The position numbers were made by a program, and so were the translations under genes. Below are positions 8,849 through 17,320 of a DNA stretch of 64,000 nucleotides, piece by piece. Below the pieces are notes generated by a model. The model ran no database searches, was not told the DNA's origin, and saw only the letters and a list, made by a program, of their open reading frames with translations. This DNA is from Clostridia bacterium (GTDB lineage: Bacteria > CBDUZB01 > JAGLHV01), in contig DAOVVV010000004.1 in NCBI GenBank assembly GCA_030637025.1, positions 1 through 64,000 of the forward strand, written 5' to 3'. Position 1 is the first letter of the stretch. The number at the start of each line of letters is the position of its first letter.

Positions 8849-10111
8849 TTATATAGATGAATCTATAAAAATTATTGGGTCAATTGTTTTTGGCATTAAG
8901 AAATTAAGATTTGCCTTTTTAGAAATTATACCCAAGTGCTGATAAATCCTAAATCTAATAAATATAGGATTAAGTAACTTATTATCATATTCTTTATGTT
9001 TAGAAATATAATTTTGATCCAAATCTTTTAAAGTATGTATTATCTTTGCCTCCCCTGCTATCTGCACAGCAGCAATTTCTGTAATACCTCCAATAAAGAA
9101 CACTAAAAGTCCTAAATTTCTTTTTAGAAAATCTAAATAAAACCCATCTTGTACTTTTGTAATAGTTTCAATACCTGTATAATTCGCCCAAACTCTAAAT
9201 TGGTATAAAAAATCAATAAATGTTTTTGGAGAATTTTCCTTTATAGAGAGGTTCTTTAGTGATTTAATAACTTCTTCATTTAAATCTTCCATGGTTTGAT
9301 TATAATTACGTGGATATCTGGCATACTCATATTTACAGTGATTGGGAAACTTTCTTTTTATAGATGATCCTGAGTAAAGACAAAATGGATAAAATAAAGT
9401 TTTTTGTTCTAGTTTTTTAACTAAACTATTTGCAAAAATATTTAATGTTTTCTTGTGTTGAGTAGTATCTATTTTTGATTGCTCAGTAAAAACCACAGAA
9501 TTAATATATTCATAACAAGCGTAATAGCTTTGGATAATATTCCATGCAAAGGATCCACTATATCTTACCTCACCTTTTATATTGGTTCCAACATTTAAAA
9601 AACCATCGTTAAATGGTGAATTTCTTACTAATTCGTTATACCAGCCCTTTTTTAAATGAAAAATAACTTTGTCCTGTTCTGGGTTAGAATTTACATTGGG
9701 TTTATTTAATTTGTATTTATTTTTAATAATAAATTCTTGGAACAAAACATCCAGTCTATATTTTTTACTTTTAATTATCTTTTTATCAGCGTAATTTAAT
9801 TTAATCAGCCAACAAAATTTATCTAAAAAATTATGATAAAAAAAGTAATCAAATAAAAATGGTTCTAAACGTAAATCACCTTCTCTTAACTCATAAAAAT
9901 AACTGCGTCCTAAGTCAAAGACAATTTCTTCGTATATTGGATTATTTTTTATAAATTGTATTACTTTTGCGACAGAATTATCTATATCTATGCTAATATC
10001 TTTGAATTGATAAAAAAAATGATGTTCAATAAGTTTCTTTACCAATTTTTTACTAATACCAAATTTTTTAGATACTTCCTCGGCTGAATTAAATCGTTGA
10101 AATTCTTTCAT
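8849..10111 (-). CDS. Hypothetical protein with HEPN-like C-terminal domain
   Basis: QSYYACY and FRVWANY resemble HEPN YYA and R-x3-(D/N)Y motifs; possible N-terminal HTH. Confidence 0.55.
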   Translation of the reverse strand: MKEFQRFNSAEEVSKKFGISKKLVKKLIEHHFFYQFKDISIDIDNSVAKVIQFIKNNPIYEEIVFDLGRSYFYELREGDLRLEPFLFDYFFYHNFLDKFCWLIKLNYADKKIIKSKKYRLDVLFQEFIIKNKYKLNKPNVNSNPEQDKVIFHLKKGWYNELVRNSPFNDGFLNVGTNIKGEVRYSGSFAWNIIQSYYACYEYINSVVFTEQSKIDTTQHKKTLNIFANSLVKKLEQKTLFYPFCLYSGSSIKRKFPNHCKYEYARYPRNYNQTMEDLNEEVIKSLKNLSIKENSPKTFIDFLYQFRVWANYTGIETITKVQDGFYLDFLKRNLGLLVFFIGGITEIAAVQIAGEAKIIHTLKDLDQNYISKHKEYDNKLLNPIFIRFRIYQHLGIISKKANLNFLMPKTIDPIIFIDSSI

Positions 10112-10144
10112 AATTTCCCTAATAAATTATAAATTTACTCCCAA

Positions 10145-10180
10145 TTTTTACAATTAATCAAGTTACTACACAACGTCCCC
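10145..10180. mobile_element. Family B element, right end only
   Basis: tttttacaattaatcaagttactacacaacgtcccc matches the right ends at 7536-7570 and 33796-33824. Confidence 0.8.
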
Positions 10181-10193
10181 GATGTTGTCAAAA

Positions 10194-11291
10194 TTAAGTA
10201 TTGTGTTCCTTTACTTCTCTGTGGTTTATTGTATCCCAGCTATGTTTATCTATATGATTTTCAAATTCTGTCGTATCTAATTTATTATTCTTCGCCCATA
10301 CTAAAAAGTACTTCTTTATATAGGATTTAAATTCCTCATAACTCTGTCTCAATATTTCCTTTATCTCCTCTATCTCATCACCATTTAGGAATTTTTCAAA
10401 ACATTTCAAAACTTGTAAGAACACCATGAAAATTGCATGTGAGGCAAAGACGTTTAAGAATACAATATTATGTTCAAAAGGACTTCCTCCGTACCATATT
10501 CCAATCTTTGATTTTCCTTCATTTGATGACTCAACAATCTTTGCAGTCTTTACTTGTAATGCTTTAAAAGAGCTATGTGGTCCCAGAGTACTAAAAAGGC
10601 CATAAATTGGGTCGTATCTATCTTTTCCCAGTTTTTTTCTAACGCTCGCAGGAGATAATTCTCTCCGAATTTTTTTCTCATCATCACCCATCCAAACTTC
10701 AAACCATTCTGGTTTAATTCTGAAAAGTTCAATTTTGTCTAAAAGTTCAAAGACTGTTCTAATATGTGAATACGCCTGGTTTATGTACTTATGTCGTAAC
10801 AAGTGAAACGCTGCCAATAGTTCATCTATACACATATAAATTAGACCCATCTGTCCATAAATTTCCTCCCCACTTTCTAATTTTTGAGAAACATCAAACA
10901 AAAAATCAATCACATTCTGTAATCTCTCTTTAAATATTCTCTCAAATTCTTTATTGTTTTCATCTTTCAATTGGGCAGATGATTCCAGTGCATTGATAAA
11001 CTGCTCAATTTTGTAATGTTTCCCCTGTAAAATAGCATGAGTACGTTTAAATTTCCTGCCCTCTTTAGATTCTGGTATCTTACTAACATCTACGCTCTCG
11101 CACACTGTTTTGTCCATTCTCTCTATTATTTTATCCGCCTTTTCTTTTGCCTCCGGAGCTAAATCATTATAGTTCTCGATAATAAACAGTAGTCCTTCAA
11201 TAATCTTTTGTTTTATTTCTTCGGTCTTATTGAAATCCATACTTTTTATTGAATTATTGAAATGCCTATCCAATTCCTCTAATGTAATCAA
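10194..11291 (-). CDS. DUF5677-like (HEPN-superfamily-like) protein
   Basis: AYSHIRTVFE...YGLFSTLGPH pattern; stop codon lies inside a flanking inverted repeat. Confidence 0.6.
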   Translation of the reverse strand: MITLEELDRHFNNSIKSMDFNKTEEIKQKIIEGLLFIIENYNDLAPEAKEKADKIIERMDKTVCESVDVSKIPESKEGRKFKRTHAILQGKHYKIEQFINALESSAQLKDENNKEFERIFKERLQNVIDFLFDVSQKLESGEEIYGQMGLIYMCIDELLAAFHLLRHKYINQAYSHIRTVFELLDKIELFRIKPEWFEVWMGDDEKKIRRELSPASVRKKLGKDRYDPIYGLFSTLGPHSSFKALQVKTAKIVESSNEGKSKIGIWYGGSPFEHNIVFLNVFASHAIFMVFLQVLKCFEKFLNGDEIEEIKEILRQSYEEFKSYIKKYFLVWAKNNKLDTTEFENHIDKHSWDTINHREVKEHNT

Positions 11292-11369
11292 TCTTCTCTA
11301 TCCTTTCTTACTTATGTGATATCCGGAATTATGGGGACACAATACTTAATTATTTTAAATAGGAAACAA

Positions 11370-11557
11370 GGGAACGTTGTTAAATAGTTAAAATCTCATT
11401 AAGAATACTTTTCATCCTTTTGAGAATAAAGAAGTCTGACTTCTTTGTTCTCTTTCTATCCCAGGCATATCAATTCTGGCTTTTTCTGGGCATAAGTCGA
11501 TATTATTATATCGTTCAAAGTTATGTCAATAGTTATTTAACTTTTTAACAACGTCCC
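11370..11557 (-). mobile_element. Family C element, complete, 22-bp TIRs, internally deleted RAYT-type transposase
   Basis: GGAACGTTGTTAAATAGTTAAA vs reverse complement of right end GGGACGTTGTTAAAAAGTTAAA (20/22); contains ATGCCCAGAAAAAGCCAGAATTGATATGCCTGGG = MPRKARIDMPG with one extra A. Confidence 0.85.
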
Positions 11558-11561
11558 TCAT

Positions 11562-11984
11562 CTGTGCCCTGGTTTTGGACCAGTACATGCTGCAAGTTTT
11601 ATGGCTTGTGTTAAAAATGTCAATAGTTATAAAAACGTAAGGCAAGTAGCAAAACTTGCCGGCTTTGACCTTGAATATCGAGAATCAGGTAAATATAAAG
11701 GTTATATGCGTATCTCAAAAAAAGGGAAAGCATTATTAAGATATACATTATGTCATGCTGCAAAAATTTCTCTAAGAAATAAAGTATTTAAAGATATCTT
11801 CCTTGAAAAACTTAAAATAAAAGGAGTATGTCGAGATAATAAATTTAAGTTACAAGTAAAATATGCTGAGAAATTATTACGCATAGCATATGCTATGCTA
11901 AAAACAAAACAATCATTCAGCATTAAAAAGATTTTACAATATTCGGTGGAACAGCCTGTTCTAAGCAACGTTAGGGCGTTTTAA
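11562..11984 (+). pseudogene. IS110-family transposase C-terminal fragment
   Basis: PGFGPVHAASFMA...AGFDLEYRESGK...RISKKGKALLRYTL...KLLRIAYAMLK; N-terminal DEDD domain absent; truncation coincides with the end of element C. Confidence 0.85.
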
Positions 11985-12112
11985 ATACGACCCTGTAAGG
12001 GACAAATTAGGCGTTTCACCGAATTTCTTACAATGCATAAAGTATTATTAGCGTATAGCAAAAGTCTATAACGCTGTATCTATAACGATTATTGGAGAAA
12101 TTGGCAGTTGGT

Positions 12113-12220
12113 GAAACACACTGAATTTGTAGATTATATTTTTAAAAAAAAGGTCTTTAAAGACTGATAGGGGAGCTTTTTGTTTTTTTACTTATTGACA
12201 TTTGTTATAGTATTGTCCCC
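12113..12220. mobile_element. Family D element
   Basis: gaaacacactgaatttgtagattat...ttgacatttgttatagtattgtcccc, inverted relative to 8716-8820. Confidence 0.8.
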
Positions 12221-12236
12221 CTTTCTCCTATTTACT

Positions 12237-12803
12237 TTAAGTTAGGTATTTTGAAAATAACTCGTTACTTTTCTTTTTTAACAGTCTATTTTTAAATGAA
12301 CAGAATAACATTAACACTTTAGAATAATTAAGACATACCTTTTCTATTTCTTCATCCGAAATTTTTCCTAAGTCAATTGATCTAATTTTTTTTATGAATA
12401 ATATATCTTCTTTATCTTTCTGGGTTAATAATTTATTTTCTTTAAGTTCTTCCTCTAGTTCATTAGTGGAATCAGCCAAATGGAATTTAAATATTTTTAA
12501 TGCCTTCATTAAACCTTTTAAGTGTATTATTTTTTCTTGATTGTCTTCAATCGCCATAGCATAACAAAGCTTTTCTCCGAATGTATTAAGAATCTCCTCA
12601 CTACTTTCCCTACTAACTCTTATTTTTTCTCGATATACATTAAATAAATTCTCTCGTGCTTTATATTCAGATTCTCCCTTAATTTTCGCTTCTTGAATTG
12701 CTAATTGGTTTTTAGCCATTTTATAGGATACAATTGCAGTTATCGTTGCCGGAAGCACTATTTTAATAAAATCGGATATAATAGGAGTCCAGTCTATTGA
12801 CAT
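12237..12803 (-). CDS. Hypothetical protein, N-terminal TM anchor
   Basis: 188-aa ORF with AGGAG RBS. Confidence 0.7.
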   Translation of the reverse strand: MSIDWTPIISDFIKIVLPATITAIVSYKMAKNQLAIQEAKIKGESEYKARENLFNVYREKIRVSRESSEEILNTFGEKLCYAMAIEDNQEKIIHLKGLMKALKIFKFHLADSTNELEEELKENKLLTQKDKEDILFIKKIRSIDLGKISDEEIEKVCLNYSKVLMLFCSFKNRLLKKKSNELFSKYLT

Positions 12804-12886
12804 TGTTTTTTTCTCCTTTCTCTCCCATCTAAAAGATGGTTTTTGTTATTTTTTTCACTCCGGCCATTATATCTTGGCTTTTTTCC

Positions 12887-13258
12887 TTATTTTCTTAGAG
12901 CCATAAGAGAAACAACCAAGGCTAATGTTGATATAAGAATTACTGCTACCTGTATTCTTCGGTGTATTTCATTATTAAGGAATTGTAATACTCTTTGTGG
13001 TTCTTTTATTCCTTTTCTACCTACTTCCTCTTCTTTACATTTAAGTTGTAAATAATTTAAATCTTTTAGAGTCCTTTGGTCAATAAAATCAACCAATGCT
13101 TTAGATACTGGGTTTTTAACTAATTTCTTAAATTCGTCAAAAATATTTCTATAATACTTATCACCTTTCCAGCGAAACTTATTAAAAACCCTTATAACTA
13201 TATTACGAAATGGAATCCAAAGAATAATTCTTTTAATTATATTTAAAAAAGAAAACAT
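12887..13258 (-). CDS. Hypothetical protein, C-terminal TM
   Basis: 123-aa ORF with GGAG RBS. Confidence 0.6.
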   Translation of the reverse strand: MFSFLNIIKRIILWIPFRNIVIRVFNKFRWKGDKYYRNIFDEFKKLVKNPVSKALVDFIDQRTLKDLNYLQLKCKEEEVGRKGIKEPQRVLQFLNNEIHRRIQVAVILISTLALVVSLMALRK

Positions 13259-13306
13259 CTGTTTACTCTCCTATCCAAAAATAACGGTATTTCCTTCTTT
13301 ATCATA

Positions 13307-13903
13307 TTATTCTTTTTTTAATTTATAAAAAGCAGCTTTCATAAATTTCCATCCATCAGGTATTTTTATTATACATCCTAACCAATAATTAGTTATTATT
13401 TTTTCTATCTCTTCTGGTCCCTGATATTCTGGATCCTTGGCTCTTTTACGAGAATAATTATATAACTTAATAAGGTTATTTCTACCTATTACCAATTCAA
13501 AAAAATCTTCAGGGTAATCTTTTCGCAATTGTTTATATATAGCCTCTACTTCTTTTTGGGTCACATCTTTATTAACCAAGACCATCGTCCGACTATGCCC
13601 CAGGTCTGTATATTTATACTTGGTTACTTCATACTTCCCTGAAACATCGATTGAGGGAGTTGAAACAGTAGGTGTGCTTGATTGATTTGTCGACTTTTTG
13701 GTTTTGTCACCAGAATTAAAAACCCCACCAGCCATTAATATTATTATAGAGAAAACAATAATTGCCCCAAAACAGCCGAGACAACCAAGACATCCTTTTT
13801 TTGTTTTCTTTTCCTTTAATTCCTTCTTTGCTTTTTCCTGTGCTTCAAGCCGAGCTTTTTCTTCTTTGTAAATTTTATCTTTTTCTTCCGGTGATAGTTC
13901 CAT
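13307..13903 (-). CDS. Hypothetical membrane-anchored protein
   Basis: KGCLGCLGC followed by a TM helix and Ser/Thr linker; AGGAGG RBS. Confidence 0.75.
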   Translation of the reverse strand: MELSPEEKDKIYKEEKARLEAQEKAKKELKEKKTKKGCLGCLGCFGAIIVFSIIILMAGGVFNSGDKTKKSTNQSSTPTVSTPSIDVSGKYEVTKYKYTDLGHSRTMVLVNKDVTQKEVEAIYKQLRKDYPEDFFELVIGRNNLIKLYNYSRKRAKDPEYQGPEEIEKIITNYWLGCIIKIPDGWKFMKAAFYKLKKE

Positions 13904-13966
13904 TTTTACCTCCTAACAATTAATAAAAGAACTTCTTTTTGAATAGTGTATTTTCCTTAGTTTCCT

Positions 13967-14000
13967 TAAAATATCATATTTTTGGAGAGTATGCAAGCAG
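13967..14000 (-). promoter_or_regulatory. Duplicated promoter-like 34-mer (copy 2 at 16430-16463)
   Basis: taaaatatcatatttttggagagtatgcaagcag; minus strand reads TTGCAT-17-TATTTT with TG before the -10. Confidence 0.55.
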
Positions 14001-14075
14001 AAAGCCAACAGGAAAAGTTTGCTTGTGGGGTGAGGATTTTAAATAACATATATTATTCTTTTATTGGGGGAAGTC

Positions 14076-15266
14076 CTATTCATCTTCAAACGGCCAATTA
14101 GGATATACTCCGAGCAGTTGCCAGCTCTTTTTCCCGTTTTTTTTAATTAGCCGATTATTATTTAAATCTATGATCCATTGAAAAAAAGGCAAAATATCTG
14201 AATCCAGTGTGCGGTTTGCCCACGGATTATGCCAGAGAAAAGGTTTTCTTTCAGCTATATTATTTGGAAATAAATTGACAGTAAGAAACATCGCGCTAAC
14301 TTTTTGGTTTATTGGACCGTTTGGACCATACCAAGCACCATTCGATTTTCTCCCATATATCCGCTTAATAGACCCATTATCATATGGTGTGACTGTAATT
14401 TGTTCTTCTCCGAATAAAGCGTTGCAAATGTCAATATCATCCACTCCAAACTCATCTATAACATTTATGGCAATTATGTATGGCAAATCAGGTTCTCCAT
14501 ATTTGCTGGCTTTACCTTGAATCGATTTTCTAATCCCAATATGAGGAACAAGCCAATGTACACCTTGCATTCGGATTCCAATGGGACGCACGCCAGGCTT
14601 TCCTCGGGCTTCATTCTTAGGTATGGGGAAAAAGGTAATTTGCCAGCCATCTTGGTCCATATTCCAATGGGGTAATGCTTTCTTGCCACCTTGTTCAAAT
14701 TGTTTAGCTATCACGACTGGATTCAGATTAGATAATTTCTCCTTGAGAAAACTACGCATATTTGTCCCTGAAGGAGGAGTTTTTGGTGATTTATTGACTT
14801 CAACTCCAATAAAAAAATTTGGCGAATTCATTTTGTTTAAGGTATCATAAACTTGGTTCTCTCTGGCTTTCGCTGATGTATCTTTATCAGACAATGCATT
14901 TAAAGTAGCCTCTAAATAAAATAGCGGTTTCCCATTCTTTAAAACTTTGAAATCTGGGTGTTTTTCACTATTGCTTATGGTAGGATGAATTTTAACACTA
15001 AATCCCGATTTAGAGAGCAATTCATGAAGATAGAGTTCAAAGAATGCAGCAACATAGTGTCTATCATCTTTAGATCTAAAACGTTTTCGTAAGTCATTTT
15101 GACCTTCGAAAGGAAAATATTTAAACCATTTCTCTAATAAATTACGGATTACTTCGCATTCTAATCGGTCAGAACGATTCAAATAATCAAATTTCGGCTC
15201 ATTGTAAGGCGCAGGCCCGGTATAATCTCTATCCATTTCATCAAATAGCTTATTCTTTTCAATCAT
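14076..15266 (-). CDS. Hypothetical PD-(D/E)xK nuclease-like protein
   Basis: AFFELYL...HPDFKV...YLEAT pattern. Confidence 0.6.
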   Translation of the reverse strand: MIEKNKLFDEMDRDYTGPAPYNEPKFDYLNRSDRLECEVIRNLLEKWFKYFPFEGQNDLRKRFRSKDDRHYVAAFFELYLHELLSKSGFSVKIHPTISNSEKHPDFKVLKNGKPLFYLEATLNALSDKDTSAKARENQVYDTLNKMNSPNFFIGVEVNKSPKTPPSGTNMRSFLKEKLSNLNPVVIAKQFEQGGKKALPHWNMDQDGWQITFFPIPKNEARGKPGVRPIGIRMQGVHWLVPHIGIRKSIQGKASKYGEPDLPYIIAINVIDEFGVDDIDICNALFGEEQITVTPYDNGSIKRIYGRKSNGAWYGPNGPINQKVSAMFLTVNLFPNNIAERKPFLWHNPWANRTLDSDILPFFQWIIDLNNNRLIKKNGKKSWQLLGVYPNWPFEDE

Positions 15267-15322
15267 TTTCCATTACCTCTAATAGCTTTTCACTTAATTT
15301 TAAATATCAAACTTTATTTTGT

Positions 15323-16348
15323 TTATTCTTCTAAGACAATGTCTTTTGTATACTCCTTTATAAAAAACTCAAAGAGACTAATAATTTCATCTATGTTTTC
15401 TTTGTTGTCTATGATAATCGCACAACAAGAACCATTATAAAATTTCTGAACCCCATCAGAAAGATGTTTTACACTATGACTTTTTATCCTCTTTTTAACA
15501 TCTTCTTCCGGCAACATAATTACTAAATATATCTTTTTCTTTCCAAAACGAAAAAATGCTATATTTTTATTGTAGATAACTGAAATATAATGCTTCTGAG
15601 GATTAAAAACAAAATTTTTATTAATTTTTAATAGCTCCTCTTTGATTTTAATATATGCATTTTTAATTTCATTATTAATATCCTCCAAATGAAATTCTTC
15701 TGAATATTCAGATTGTTTATCCTTATCCGCTGGTTTTGGGTAAGAATATTCAATATCTTCGAATTCCGGTTCAATAGTATAAAAAAATTCATTCCCTTGA
15801 ATAAATTTCTTTAATATTATTAGCTTTACCATTTTACCCCATGTAGCTGAATATGTTTCCATTATTTCTGGAAGTTCTTCTTTTTCACCATCTATAAGCA
15901 GTAAAATATTTTGACTGTTCTCAATAGTATCTTTAATCGTCTTATAAATTTCTTTTTCTCCTAAATATTTTTTAAATTCTCTTTTTAATTCCGGATTAGT
16001 ATTTATAACTGAAAATGTTTTTTCCACTAATTCGGTTTGACTTTTCCTGTTTTTAAAAAAAGAAAAAAACTTAGTTATTTGTGGAAATATATGATTAAAG
16101 AAATTATGACTTTCTAGTTCTACTTCTACTATATAAAATTCCGGCTCTTCTTTATCCGAAAAATCAAATAGTAACCCATCTGGGATTGCCCCTCCTAAGG
16201 CTTTTGTATCAATTTTCTTTTTTGTATTAATATATATGGTGTCTTTCCCAAAAAACAAATGAGAATTATCAATAATTTCCTTTTCTAATTCCGCTTCCTT
16301 ATTATATTTATACTCTTGAAATTTTTTATTATTTTGAAATATTATCAT
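15323..16348 (-). CDS. Nuclease-like protein with DUF5655-like C-terminal domain
   Basis: EAELE...IPDGLL...IVEVEL, then EEFHL...PQKHYIS. Confidence 0.6.
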   Translation of the reverse strand: MIIFQNNKKFQEYKYNKEAELEKEIIDNSHLFFGKDTIYINTKKKIDTKALGGAIPDGLLFDFSDKEEPEFYIVEVELESHNFFNHIFPQITKFFSFFKNRKSQTELVEKTFSVINTNPELKREFKKYLGEKEIYKTIKDTIENSQNILLLIDGEKEELPEIMETYSATWGKMVKLIILKKFIQGNEFFYTIEPEFEDIEYSYPKPADKDKQSEYSEEFHLEDINNEIKNAYIKIKEELLKINKNFVFNPQKHYISVIYNKNIAFFRFGKKKIYLVIMLPEEDVKKRIKSHSVKHLSDGVQKFYNGSCCAIIIDNKENIDEIISLFEFFIKEYTKDIVLEE

Positions 16349-16429
16349 TTTTTCTCCTTTTTAATTTTATTTCACATAATAATTAATAAATTTTTTTCGT
16401 TTTTAAAGTAATATATTCTGTTTATTTTT

Positions 16430-16463
16430 TAAAATATCATATTTTTAGAGAGTATACAAGCAG
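16430..16463 (-). promoter_or_regulatory. Duplicated promoter-like 34-mer (copy 1 at 13967-14000)
   Basis: taaaatatcatatttttagagagtatacaagcag, 2 mismatches to copy 1. Confidence 0.55.
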
Positions 16464-16468
16464 TTCTT

Positions 16469-17275
16469 TTAAAGATTATCATTTTTATTATATTTAATGC
16501 TTAACTTTTTTAATTTCTTTTCAAAAGTTTCAACATTATCTAATTTTTTTATATTAAACACTCTTAATATCAATTTTAAAGTTAATAATAATATTTCCGC
16601 CTCTGTAATTAAAACTGTAGAAATGTCTTCTTCCATTGGACTCAAATGAAAAGAAGTAATATTTTGATTTTTATCTGTAATAAGATATTCTTCCATTGCA
16701 CGTGGAGTAGCATGTACACTAATCTCCGAAAGAAGCCTGTATATCTTATCATAGAAATCTTTTAATCCAACTTTCTCAGCTAATTCTGCGCTATTTAGGT
16801 CCTTTATGTTTTTTCGTTTAATTTCATTTTTAAGTTCTTCTATTCTTTCTTTTGTTGCATAGTTCTTTAGATCTTGAAACTTTTCCTCCTTACTATTCGC
16901 AGATACATTCATACTCCTTAGTCTACTTATTGCATCAGATTGTATATAATCTTTAACAAAACCTTCCGTTTCACATATGTTTTTTAAAATAATAAAAGTT
17001 TCTAAAAGGCATCTTAAAATGAGGTTAGATTCTATAGTTAATCCATATCTTAAAAGAATTATAGATGCTTGAAATCCATTGAGGATTTTAATAAAGCAAC
17101 ATACTGCATAAACTTCTTGAGCATTTTGTTTATTTATTTCAAAATTAAATTTAACATTTTGAGCAAATTCATTTACCCTGTAACATTCTTTAAATATATC
17201 CTTAAATTTGTTCTCTAACTCTGATTTCTTTTTCGTAATTTCTTGTCCTAAAAACCCAAATTTATCTATAGGCAT
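16469..17275 (-). CDS. DUF5677-like protein
   Basis: LILRCLLE...LAEKVGL...YRLLSEISVHAT pattern. Confidence 0.7.
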   Translation of the reverse strand: MPIDKFGFLGQEITKKKSELENKFKDIFKECYRVNEFAQNVKFNFEINKQNAQEVYAVCCFIKILNGFQASIILLRYGLTIESNLILRCLLETFIILKNICETEGFVKDYIQSDAISRLRSMNVSANSKEEKFQDLKNYATKERIEELKNEIKRKNIKDLNSAELAEKVGLKDFYDKIYRLLSEISVHATPRAMEEYLITDKNQNITSFHLSPMEEDISTVLITEAEILLLTLKLILRVFNIKKLDNVETFEKKLKKLSIKYNKNDNL

Positions 17276-17320
17276 TTATAGTCCCTCTATTTTTAAATGA
17301 ATTCCAATGCAAATTTGGAA

